From positions 84,754,001 to 84,818,000 of the forward strand of contig NC_043001.1 in assembly GCF_006345805.1 (NCBI RefSeq): DNA of 64,000 nucleotides, in the 5' to 3' direction. The DNA comes from Octopus sinensis. Taxonomy: Eukaryota. The position numbers and the translations under genes were made by a program. This document shows positions 24,480-36,779 of this stretch, one piece after another. Each line of letters begins with the position of its first letter. Within the stretch, counting starts at the first letter, position 1. The notes beneath the pieces are model-generated. The model ran no database searches. It was not told the origin of the DNA and worked only from the letters and a program-made list of their open reading frames with translations.

Positions 24480-24960
24480 TTTAATGCCTAACCAGGCTCA
24501 CGAGCCCGGTTCCCGGTTTCAAAGGCGTATGTGTTCCCCAGCTGGACGGAACGCCAGTCCATCGCAGCGTTACTCATTTTTGCCAGCTGAGTGGACTGGA
24601 GCAACGTGAAATGAAGTGCTTTGGTCAAGAACACAACGCGTCACCTGGTCCAGGAATCGAAACCACAAGCTTACGATCATGATGCTGACGCCTTAACCAC
24701 TAAGCCACATGTCTCCACTAAAATAATAAATGCGCCACTCTCATCGGCCCAGTCTCCCGGTTTCAATCGCGTATGTCTTCCCCAGCCTGACGGGACGCCA
24801 GTCCATCGCAGCGTTACTCATTTTTTCCAGCAGAGTGGACTGGAGCAATATGAATGGAGTGTTTTGCTCAAAAACACAACGCGTCGCCCGGTCAAGGAAA
24901 CGAAACCACGATCTTACGATCATAATGCTGACACCCTAACCACTAAGCCACGCGCCTCTA
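24480..24960 (-). mobile_element. Two adjacent SINE family C copies
   Basis: ttactcatttttgccagctgagtggactggagcaacgtgaaat... and ccactaagccacgcgcc occur twice and match 40363-40690. Confidence 0.8.
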
Positions 24961-25084
24961 CGGTTATGACAATGTTGTTTGTGATATTGTTATAACGATT
25001 AAGAGTTTGTTAATCTAGTTTTGACAATGGTTACAGTTTTCCTGTTATGCCATACATGTTTCCTTACAAATCAAACCTTTATAC

Positions 25085-25228
25085 AGGCGTAGGCTTGGAT
25101 GCGTGGTAAGATGTTTGCCTCCAAACCACATGGTTCCAGTCTCAGTACCACTGCGTGGCACTTTAGGCATGTGTCTTCTATAGCCTCGGGCTGGCCAAAA
25201 CCTTGAGCGTGGATTTGGGGTCTGTCGT

Positions 25229-25260
<32 letters not shown>

Positions 25261-25264
25261 TCTA

Positions 25265-25295
<31 letters not shown>

Positions 25296-25440
25296 GTCTA
25301 TCTATCTGTCGGTCTGTTTGTCTGTCCGTCTGTCCGTCTATCTATCTAGTGCGTGTGTGTGTGTGTGTGTTTGTCCTACATCACCGCTTGACTAACACTG
25401 TTGTTGTGTTTGCCTACCCACAGTTTAGCGGTTTCGGAAA
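25085..25440 (+). mobile_element. SINE family A (degraded)
   Basis: ggcgtaggcttggatgcgtggtaag...ccactgcgtggcac...(TCTG)n/(TCTA)n...ttagcggtttcgg. Confidence 0.75.
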
Positions 25441-25850
25441 ATATTTCTATGAATGTATTCTTTAAAACAGACGTACTCTTCTGACGCAAGACATGTGATG
25501 TATACAACATATATTACAAATGATGCGTTAGGTTTCGAAAGCCATTTACAAAAATGTAGTTATCAATGATAAAGCAGCTGGCAGCAGCCACACAGAGTTA
25601 CCGTGATAGATACCTTCCAAAGCAAGGAATTAGAGTGTGGCAGAATATATAGTGTATTCTTCTTAGGAACCATCACGCATGGTAATATTGTGATTTTATG
25701 ATAGATGATCAGCGTATCTACAAAGTTAGTAACGAAAATGATTTCTGTGGTAAAGCGTGATGGATAGCAATAATCTATTTACATCAGTCTTTCGTAAATT
25801 AGGGGCAAGGCCATACTTTCGTGGTGTGACTCGCCACCCACCCATATTCC

Positions 25851-25918
25851 ACCCATCCATCCATCCATCCATCCATCCATCCATCCACCCATCCATCCAT
25901 CCATCCATCCATCCATCC

Positions 25919-25976
<58 letters not shown>

Positions 25977-26050
25977 ATGTCTGTCTGTCTATCTATTTAC
26001 ATCTATCTATCTATCTATCTATCTGTCTGTCTATCTATGTATCTTTCTGT
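25851..26050. repeat. (CCAT)n-(CTAT)n-(CTGT)n compound microsatellite
   Basis: Directly visible. Confidence 0.95.
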
Positions 26051-26366
26051 CTGTCCGTCTCTCTCACTATATATAATACACACGCACACACACACACACA
26101 CATACACACACATATATATATATATATATATAAGCGTACGCGAATGGATTAGCACTCCTGACGTGGATGTGCATATTACTTTAATACACAAGTGTATGTG
26201 ACATCATTACTTGCATGTGTGTGTGTATGTGTGTGTGTGTTTGTGTGTGTGTGTTTGTGTGTGTTTGTGTGTGTTTGTGTGTGTGTGCATGTGTGTGCGA
26301 TTCTATGTGCAAATGCGTGTCTATATACCTTTCCGTTTGCATAAATGACCAATTCTCTCGTTCTAG

Positions 26367-26474
26367 AATGACATGAAACTTCGTTACATTGATACATGTA
26401 GAAGAATATTACCGTTTCTTGAGATGACATTAGGATCCTTCAATGGAGGAAAGCAGTATTTCATGGGAGAACAG
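26367..26474 (+). CDS. S-crystallin coding exon 5
   Basis: Acceptor ttctctcgttctAG; NDMKLRYIDTCRRILPFLEMTLGSFNGGKQYFMGEQ; donor CAG|GTATGT; 108 nt, phase 0-0. Confidence 0.95.
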
Positions 26475-26644
26475 GTATGTTTACAGCTTATGAATTCTTT
26501 TAGGCAGGATGTAAGTAGCGAATGCCTACATATGCCCAAGACTTCGGATATAGCTATCAATATAAATATGTGTAAATATGTTCCTACATACCTATATATA
26601 TCTTCGCACGTGCATGTATATATATATATACCCACAGACACACA

Positions 26645-26689
<45 letters not shown>

Positions 26690-26895
26690 CACACATGTAT
26701 ACATATATATACATACACACACACACACACACATATATATATGTATTTCTATATGTATATATATATATATATTTATAGATAGATACCAGTAGACATATAA
26801 ATATGTACACGTTTACACATACGGACACACACACATACAAACATACACACACGCACATATATATATATATATGAGTGTGAGTGTATATGTGTGTA

Positions 26896-26927
<32 letters not shown>

Positions 26928-27643
26928 AAATTACGCAGGCAGTTATACGCAATATAAAACCAAAAAGAAGAATTCACTCGTCAGTAATCGTGACTGATGG
27001 TGCTGAGTAGCACCTAAATTGCTAGAGATAGAGTTAAAACAAGGCATCACATGTTCATATACTGACAGGGAAGATAATCGCCCCTAAAGCGAAGCTAGAT
27101 CACTGGATTAGACTAGTTTCGTCTGTAAATTTACAGATTCGTCAGCAGTGACTACTTCATCATCGAATGGCTTAGCTATGTCTAAACATTTACCATATAA
27201 ATTTATAGCTGTGTTACCGAAATCCTGATGTGAAAATTACAAATTAACGAAGGTAACTATATTCAGTATGTATATATCAAGAAAGAATACAGGTGTTTCC
27301 GACACGTTTTCATTATTGAACCGATTACATCATAAAAATACGTCGTCTTCAGGTGAATTAAAACTTAAAATTAAGTTTTAAAATTCCGAATGTGTGTTGA
27401 GCCTCAACAGTTTGTGAACGTGTACTAATAATTATCATTGACTCCTACTCCTTATTTATTTTAAGTTAGAAATTTTTAAATTCTTTTGTCATAGAGTATG
27501 TTGATACTATATTTTTTTTTTATATTTCAAATACTTTTGCGCATTCAATGTCGAATAATTCAAAACAGAAACCTATTCAACAGAAACCAACCACTCTCTA
27601 TTATTACTTGTGGTGTATAATTAATGTTTATCTCATATTGTAG

Positions 27644-27808
27644 ATTATGCTGTGTGATATGATGTGTTACTGTTGTTTGGAAGGTCCAATGCGAGACAAC
27701 CCGTCGTTAATGAACGGCTATCCGAATCTGATGGCTCTCAGACAGAGAGTATCCAGCCATCCTAAAATATCCATGTATCTGAAGAAACGCAGCCACAGTG
27801 ATTGGTAA
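27644..27808 (+). CDS. S-crystallin terminal coding exon 6 (absent from ORF track)
   Basis: Acceptor tttatctcatattgtAG; IMLCDMMCYCCLEGPMRDNPSLMNGYPNLMALRQRVSSHPKISMYLKKRSHSDW; stop TAA at 27806-27808. Confidence 0.95.
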   Translation: MMLCDMMCYCCLEGPMRDNPSLMNGYPNLMALRQRVSSHPKISMYLKKRSHSDW

Positions 27809-27860
27809 TGTTCACAGGGAATCACAATACATACTTCTACATACACCTTTGTCACCTTTC

Positions 27861-27891
<31 letters not shown>

Positions 27892-28161
27892 CATAAACAC
27901 ATATATATATATGTATATATATATGTATGTATGTATACATAGGCATACAAACTCACAAGCAAACATACATACGTGCATGCAAACATGTATAAGCACACAC
28001 ACACGCACACACTCACATATGAATGAGAAGCTGGTTTATCTTTTACCGTGAATCTGAGTTTCACGGCACCTATTATTATATTGATTGAATTAGGGCGCTA
28101 GTAATATATAATGGAATATTTTTTTCCCAAAACCTTCGAAATATGATATGCCAAATAGATA

Positions 28162-28167
28162 AATAAA
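28162..28167 (+). promoter_or_regulatory. Candidate polyadenylation signal of the S-crystallin gene
   Basis: An AATAAA about 350 nt downstream of the stop codon. The context is AT-rich, so it could be chance. Confidence 0.25.
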
Positions 28168-28916
28168 CAGCATAGTAATTTATTTATTTATTTATTTATT
28201 TATTTTTTTATTTATTTATTTATTTATATAACCATCTTTCTTTCTATGGGAAATCCTATATGCAGAAAATAATCTTTTTCTTTTTCTTCTTTTGCGAAGT
28301 ATTTGGAAATTACACATTAAATACTGCTAGGTGGAAGTGCTGCAATTCTTCATTTTTTGAATTCCTTAACACTTTTGCAAGCTTGCAAAAAAAAAAAAAA
28401 AATTTCTCCGCAGAAAGACACGAACCATATAAAAAATATATAATTATTATTTACTAATAAACATAAAAATACATTAACAATAATCTGTACACCTATATGC
28501 ATATGATCTATACGTATAATACCGAAGATCTGAAAAGAATCACATGTTTCGCACGGGAAAAAGATCAGTGCATTGTGTTATGTGCGTGACACCTAAATAC
28601 ATGAATGTGTAACCTTTACTAATGTCTTTTTCGGCAAATAATCAAATCTTAAGGTATTGGCAACTAGTCATATTTCTAAGTCTTTGCGAATATTTTGCTG
28701 ACATATTGTCGCACTTTAGCTTATATATTGTCTCAGGCGATAACAAGTAAATCAGTGTTACGGTTCAAGAACTTTCAGCTAATAAAGTCTGCACAAATTG
28801 TTATGCATTAAATATTTTTTCCTGTTTGTCATCTCAAACATTTTCCCATATGCATGTGGTTTTATACACGCATACATATATACATACATACATACATACA
28901 TACATACATACATACA

Positions 28917-28948
<32 letters not shown>

Positions 28949-30697
28949 CAGTAGAATGACACACGCACACACACATATTTGCATGTCTGTTTTATTACAA
29001 TATCACTTTTACAATCTCTAGTTTTTTATACTCGTATACAGAGATCGGCTACGTTGAAAAGTAAGCTGGCAACATGATGTCGCCCTTTATATCTTATCTT
29101 TGTGAAAACATGCTTGCGTTCACTAGAGTAATTTGCTTTTGTTCCCAATACGAAATAAATGTAATTCTATAGAATCAATTTTTAATCGGGTGTCTTTGTA
29201 AAAGAAAGTATTGTTGAAATTAGGATACACATGTGAAACAGTATTAGATTAAATTAGCGATGTGTATCACATGAATATTTTATAAGCAAAAGGAGAACGG
29301 CGCTAGCTGTACTATTTTGACAAAGGAAAACATTTCTTGTAGAGATTCGTGTGTTAAAAAACACACGGAACACTGATATTTTGTCGTTAGCGGATCTTTA
29401 GACATATTTTCAACTTCATTTGTTCTCGTCAGCTACAAACAATCTGGTCATGTCAGGTAAGCTGAACAATATTCGTTCAGATATAGAGTTCAAAAAATAA
29501 AACATTTAGTGATTGGTAACAAAGCTGGCCGGGCTAAAATAAATTGAATATATGAACTTGAAAATTACAAGAGTTTAAGATAACTATGTACATACTATCT
29601 ATAATAATATACAAAGAATGTCGCAAGGTGTTTTATTTTGTATTAAAGAAATTTTTCTTTAGTTTTCTTATTTAGTTTTCACAAAATTAATGTATATTTC
29701 GAAGTAACTGTTACACGGTGTTATTAAAAGATGGATGTCTGAGTTCAAACTCCAGAGAGGTCGGCTATATCTTTAATCTTTTCGGGGTTGATAGAATAAA
29801 TAATAGTTGAGTACAGGGTCCAAATTGCTGGTTTTGTTCCACGGAAATTATAGACGTCTGAGAATAAAATTACTTGACTGGATTATGATAAGAGATGTAG
29901 ACACCCCTATCTTTCCTCAGAAAAATATATGGTTTGATGTATTTCATATTTACAACGTCATTGCAGAACGTTAAATGATAAAATCTGAACTATGAAATAT
30001 TTAACACATTGATAACTGCGGTTTCAGTATGCAAAACATTATCAATGGTGCACATTACGGACTGAATTATATCAGTAAATATGTAAATTAAATGGTGACG
30101 CCATTGAAAAAGTAGCTTGCAGCGTAACTAGTATATTCATTGATATTACACAATGATGGTATCTAGTATACACAGTGGTATATGATTAAATCTTTAGCAG
30201 TAGTTTCACTAAATTAATATATATTTAGTAGTGACTTTTACACAGTGTTATTAAAACATGTGGATCTGAGTTCAAACTCTACAGAGGTCGGCTTTGTCAT
30301 TAATCCTTTCGGGGTTGATAGAATAAATAACAGTTGAATACAGCGTCGATATAATAGACTTTCCATTCTCTCCAAATTGCTGATTTCGTTCCAAAATTCG
30401 TAAAGATTATTTAGCGATGTGTCTAGAGAATACACATACACACATATATGCACACACACATACATACAAACATACAAATACACACACGTGCACACGTGTA
30501 CACTCACATACATACGTTCACATGCACACGCACATACATATATACATAGTAATGACAAGGATTCAAATAATCAACGCAGAGCTCATATTAAGGTCACCAT
30601 CAAGTGAAAGGCTAACAAGAAACATCGTGGTCAGGATGAACTTTAGTGACATTCTGAAATTTCCGGAAATAGTTTTATAAATTTATGTTCTCAGAAA

Positions 30698-32479
30698 TCT
30701 ATAATTTCAGTTTCTGAAGCTTATTGAATTTAAATATTCATTGCATTCACTGCGTCCGATTCTTCATAAATTTTAATATTGCATTCACTGCGGAGTAGAT
30801 TTTAATGTTTAATAATAAACACTATTAATTCGTTGCGGCAACATTTTACGTTTTAATTTGCAACAGTCTCTCATTCTGGCTCGCCTCTATTTTCATTAAT
30901 GATAATTTAATAATTGCTATATAACTTTGATACGAAACACAATTTCAGTAATATTATCAATTTCCGGACTTTGAATATATTTGATAAAATGAAAATTCTT
31001 TAATATAACAGTATAATTTCTTTTTTTAAAGGAAGAAGTGATTCTGTTGGTATGGCTACTTGGAAAGCTAAAGTTGTTACAATAATTTCTATTTGATCGC
31101 TGCTATTTGTAGCACGCTAAACAAGATAGTTCTTAACGAGCTTTCATTCATGCATAAGATACTACCGAAAAAGAAAATTTATCAGCAAAGGTACAACGGC
31201 AGAGAGAAAGACGAGCAACTGAATCAGATGAAACCAGGGCAAAGCGTCTGAAACATTATGTCTAAATATGCACTGAGACGTGGACATGATTCTGTTTCCG
31301 CTACACATGGCCGAGAGGAGAATATTCTAATTCAAAATAATGGTGTCACGTCACAAATTTTTGGTGTAACACTAAAGAGATCTATTCTTTGCGATTATGT
31401 ATAAGTGGTGGAGTTGACAACCAATCTACGTCTTCTTACAAAAGGACATTCTGATTAAAGAGAGTTTGCTAATTACATTCTTGAAGTAGAAAATCGTATC
31501 ATTTCTGTAGAACAAAGCCTAGGTGAATTCAAAATCAAACTATCCAATGACCTTTGCCTTGAAAGTGATACAATTTCAGAGTTATGTGATTCTGTATATG
31601 CTAACCTCAAAATAACTTCACAAATCCTGTGTGGCTTGCAAATACAACCATTGTTATTCCAACAAATGAAGCAGCACAATCGTTTTTGAATGCTTTTCTG
31701 TTGACCAGGACCCCTGGTGAGCTAAAAGTACACAGAAGCTCAGATAGAGTTGATAATGAAACTCTGTACTCAGTCGAGTTCATCAACACACTTACATAAT
31801 CAGGGTTTCCACCACACATTCTCAGACCGAAGAAAAAATAATGCATAATGCTTCTAAGAAATTTAGATACTTCTAATGGACATTGCAATGGCACACGCAG
31901 CATCATTGTCAGTTTACATTATCATGTTATTGAGGTAGAGTTTGCTTCTGGTCCTTATACAGGATCAACTCTGCTAATCCCAAGAATACTATATGTATTC
32001 CAAGAAATGGAATTTGCATTCACATTTACACGCAAACTATTTCCTATCAAGCCAGATTTTGCCTTGACGTGCAGCAAGGCACAGGGACAGACTTTTGAAC
32101 AAGTTGGAATATATCTTCCGATGCAATTATTTGTATAGGGTCAGCTGTATATTGCATTATCTAGAGTTCGAAAGAAGGCTAATGTAAAAATATTGGCTGG
32201 GAGAAATGGAAACAGTATGATTACTGACAATTGTGTCTACAAGGGGATACTACTTTAGAGTAAATAATTTAAGGCAAATAGAATTAACACATAAATTATA
32301 TGTAAAGTAACATATATTTGTGTGAAATTAAATTATGTCATATTTCAACACATGCCGAATGAATGATATTGTTGTATTAGATCATTTTAAAAAGTAAGGA
32401 AACGCCAATCCCATGTGTTCTCACAGCACCAGACATTTGCAAGTGTGTGGGTAGGTGGGTGTATTCCTCCATCCATCCA

Positions 32480-32535
<56 letters not shown>

Positions 32536-32803
32536 CTATCTGCTGATGCACACCTTTGTAAGTTCTACCAATTATTAATGTAAGTTCTAACAATTATTAA
32601 TGGTAAATATATATAACGAATTGCCTCTTTCGGAACGATTATGACTGTGATAAAACAATGAAAGCAATATTGGCTAATCAAGTGGGCACTATTATACAAA
32701 GAAATAATTAGACGTAAAATATCATAAAAATTATTAGAATTGGGAATCAAATGTGAAGATATTATGGAGTGGCTAGCAGAAAACCACTCGGTTTTTCTGC
32801 TAG
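30698..32803 (+). mobile_element. Decayed, internally deleted Helitron
   Basis: Encloses PIF1-type helicase remnants. There is a putative 3' end CTAGCAGAAAACCACTCGGTTTTTCTG-CTAG|T at 32773-32804. The 5' TC at 30698 is tentative. Confidence 0.7.
31390..32200 (+). pseudogene. Helitron RepHel helicase C-terminal pseudogene
   Basis: Broken frames read VELTTNLRLL...FANYILEV, EFINTLT*SGFPPHIL, MLLRNLDTSNGHCNGTR...IPRI...FTFTRKLFPIKPDFALTCSKAQGQTFEQVGIYL...GQLYIALSRV, which are canonical Helitron helicase motifs. Confidence 0.9.
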
Positions 32804-32809
32804 TATATA

Positions 32810-33405
32810 TAATAAAAGTAGAAATAAATATCAAATATCAATTTCAAGCAGTGGTCAGCATAGTTAAAGAACGTCCGAGGACTGTGATTAATATTTAAAT
32901 ATAAATAACAGAAGAGACAACTAAGTGGATTCCTGGTATGCTTAAAATAGACACCAAACCGCCCTACACAGAAATATGTGTTCCCAAATTAGCAAGACGC
33001 TAGATGTTTACGAGCTGACACGACAATGGAACTGAACACCACCCTTCGCCGTGAGAGGACAGGCGTATATAAGGTTCCAATATCATGTATCTTCGATCCA
33101 AAAGCCCTCGTACTAGCGCGCTAATTCGGAAAATAACCGCAGTGAAGGATATTCATCAGTGAATCAACTGGCTAGAGAACACAGATATTTGAAATTAAAT
33201 AAGAGTAGAAATTAATGTTATTAAATAATATATATTTCAGCCACTGGTCAGCATGGTTAAAAAACATCTGAGGACCGTGAATTATATTCAAATATATAAA
33301 GAGGAGAGACCACTAAGTGGATCCCTTGTATGCTAATTTGTATGCTGAGGTAGGGCGGTTTGACGTCTATTTTTAGCATACAAGGGATCCACTTAGTGGT
33401 CTCTC
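32810..33405. repeat. Direct repeat pair ending in a 33-bp perfect fold-back next to (TA)n
   Basis: ~32850-32970 and ~33240-33340 are diverged direct repeats. 33304-33336 and 33373-33405 are exact reverse complements. Confidence 0.85.
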
Positions 33406-33420
33406 TCATATATATATATA

Positions 33421-33469
<49 letters not shown>

Positions 33470-33559
33470 TATATATTACTAAGTGACTAATCTCTAGAAC
33501 GGTTGATGTTAGATAAAATCACTAACTCTACTTCAGATAGCAAGCGAACATAATAAATA

Positions 33560-33910
33560 TCCTTTTCTACCAAAGGCACAAGGCCTGAAATATGGGGGAG
33601 AGGGATAGTCGATTTCTTCGAGCACATTGCGTAACTGGTACATATTTCATCGTCCCCGAAATGATGAAAAGCAAACTCGATTTCGGCGGAATTTGAACTC
33701 AGAATGTAACGACGGGCGAAATACCTATCTCTTTACTACCCACAAGGGGCTAAATATAGAGGGGACAAACAAGGACTGACAAACGGATTAAGTCAATTAC
33801 ATCGACCCCAGTGCGTAACTGGTACTTAATTTATCGACCCCGAAAGGATGAAATGCAAAGTCGACCTCGGCGGAATTTGAACTCAGAACGTAACGGCAGA
33901 CAAAATACGA
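33560..33910 (-). mobile_element. SINE family B tandem pair
   Basis: One near-consensus body at ~33725-33910 is preceded by a degraded body. Confidence 0.8.
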
Positions 33911-35782
33911 CTACTAAAGAAACAAATACTATAAAGTAAAAATGAAATGAAAGAAAAACAAATGGAAAAATACGATAAAGGCAAAGTCATAAAAATTATA
34001 TATGTAAATAAGGAAAGTTTGTGAAGTTATTTTCTAAAGAAAATTAGGTTGACCTTCCCGTAAAAAGATATATAAATAAAACAAACTAATAAGTAGAATA
34101 GAAAATGTGGGAAAAATCAATATAAGAAGAAAATAAAGTTTTCAAATCAAATCGGAGGGCTTAAGCTGTTGGAATTTCACGCCCAGCTTATTTTGAAAGC
34201 GTTATTTGAGGACCTTTGGCATGGTACCAACATTCACACACATATCTGTATGCGAAAATTCACAGACATATTAATATACATTGGTACATATAAATACACA
34301 GCATTACACATACATGAACTCTCTCATATGCGCACACACACAGCGGTTCTAGCACAAAACACTAATATCGAAGTACTAGTTATTAATAGTAGAAGATCAA
34401 TAATTAATTTAATTGATCGAAACAGATTATAGTCTAGCCTTTAAAGACGTATATTTAAAAAAAAAGTGAAAAAGAAAACAAAGCAATATACTTCAGAGAT
34501 AGACGAAACGAAATAGTCCCAGAAGTAATTTTGGTAAAAAATCTCGGGGGAGTGAAAAATTGGTGAAAATAATATCGGATGTTTTATCCAGTGGGAATTA
34601 CAGAAAGTTTCACCTAATATCTATTGTTTTAAGATTTATAACAAGGCCAGCAAATTTAGAGAGAGGTGACGGGGAACCTGATTACTTCAACCCCAGTAAT
34701 TGGCAGCATTTTATTGACCCGAAAGGCCTGTTGACCTTGGCATCATTTGAACGTAGAACATGAAGAATCGGAAGAAATTCCGTTAAGCATTTTGTTTGAC
34801 GTGCTAACGACTCTCTCATCTGGCTGTTTTACTTCAGCCAAAATATATGAAACTTCCTATTCTTACGTTAAAAGAATATTAAAATGGATGAGAATAAGTC
34901 GTTTAGGGTCTCATTAGAATTTCGATGAAGGAAACAGAACATGCAAATATTTTTCAGGAACAGTTTAAAGAATTGTAATTATATCATGATTGATGAAATG
35001 TTAAGTAATACCAACATTGCTAACAAGTATATATTAGCGACAGAGCAGTATTAATACCGGGAGTTAATATTTATCTCGAATTAAACGTGGATGTTCTATT
35101 AGAACAGGCGATACTGCTGTAGTTACCATGAGAGTAACTCTCAAGCCAATATGAGAGTTTCTCTCATGGAAACAACTGCAGTATAGTTTGTTCTAATAGA
35201 ACATTCACATTTATTTGTTATACAGCATTCAAATCGTTGAAGTATAGCAGTGTAAACATGTATTGTAAACATTGAAATATCATCATTATTTTTCCAATCC
35301 TGTTGCATTTCACGTCTTTCAAAGTCGTCTTGGTGTATAAATCGACTGACTTTTTTGCTTTGCAAACTTTAGTGTGAACAATTCTCATTGTGTGTCTGAA
35401 AATAAGGTAAGTCCGGCAGATGGTTATCCACCGATTTCGACGATGATTATTCATTTGTTCAATCATCTGAATTCCCTGCTCCTTGAATTAACATCTAAGT
35501 AGTTGAACATGTTGTAGGTACGTGCGGCCTTATTGTAATTCTGCGGTGGATTCAGTGTAATACAATGTATGACATGTGCATACCTTTTTAGTTGAAGATA
35601 TAATTCATCCATCTAGTTCAGTACAATTTCTGCTTATCCAGTATCGATCATAAGCAAGATCTATTCAGTAAAGGATATTTAATCATTATGCTACGTCTTT
35701 GGACCGAACGCGAGGTTCACCTCATAACTATTCAACCATACAGAAGCTACAAATGAGGTAGCTTCTGTATCGCGAACTGTAA

Positions 35783-36200
35783 GGCGGCGAACTGGCAGAA
35801 TCGTTAGCACGCCGGGTGAAATGCGTAGCCGTATTTCTTCTGCCGTTACATTCTGAATTCAAATTCCGCCGAGGTCGACTTTGCCTTTCATCCTTTCGGG
35901 GTCGATTAAATAAGTACCAGTTACGCACTGGGTCGATATAATCGACTTAATCCGTCTGTCTGTCTTTGTTTGTCCTCTCTGTGTTTAGACCCTTGTGGGT
36001 AGTAAAGAAATAGGTGTTTCATCTGCAGTCACGTTCTGAGTTCAAATTCTGCCTAGGTCGACTTTCACTTTCATCCTTTCGGGGTCGATAAATTAAGTAC
36101 CAGTTACGCACTTGAGTCGATGTAATCGACTTAATCCCTTTGTCTGTCCTTGTTTATCTCCTCTATGTTCAGCCCCTTGTGGGCAATAAAGAAATAAAAA
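35783..36200 (+). mobile_element. Dimeric SINE family B (head + two bodies)
   Basis: ggcggcgaactggcagaatcgttagcacgccggg head. Body 1 ends gtgggtagtaaagaaatagg and body 2 ends gtgggcaataaagaaataa. Confidence 0.9.
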
Positions 36201-36658
36201 GGTACCAGTGAGGCAAACGATTATATACATCTGGGATATATTTATAGTTATTGTTCTTTAACTAAAGTTACTAATGGACAACATGGATTAACTAAATGCT
36301 TAATTTAGGCCTAAAAATCAAATACCAAAGTTTATATGGATCTCAAATTTATTAAAAACATGAGATATAGATTTAATAGCAAAAATGATAAGATCGTTGT
36401 AGATACGTCCAGTAATATGTTCGACGAATAGAGTTTTTCCTCTTTTACTCTCTTAATGGTTTCAGTCATTGGACTGCGGCTATGCTGGAGCACCGCTCTG
36501 TAGAGTTAGTTAAATAAAACGACACCAGTACTTATTTTAAATCTGGTTCTTATTATAACGTTAACTTTAATTGAATAGCTAAGATACAGGCAAATAAATA
36601 AATAAAATGAACTCTCAAGCGGTGGGTTACAAACATGAACATATGCAGATGCATACAT

Positions 36659-36779
<121 letters not shown>

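Noticed and set aside
26373-26792. 139-aa ORF starting MKLRYIDTCRR
   Set aside because: It is exon 5 (26367-26474) running on into intron 5 microsatellites, not a separate gene.
35585-35660. In-frame TGA as a possible selenocysteine codon in a candidate exon
   Set aside because: The exon itself is unproven and no SECIS-like element was identified.
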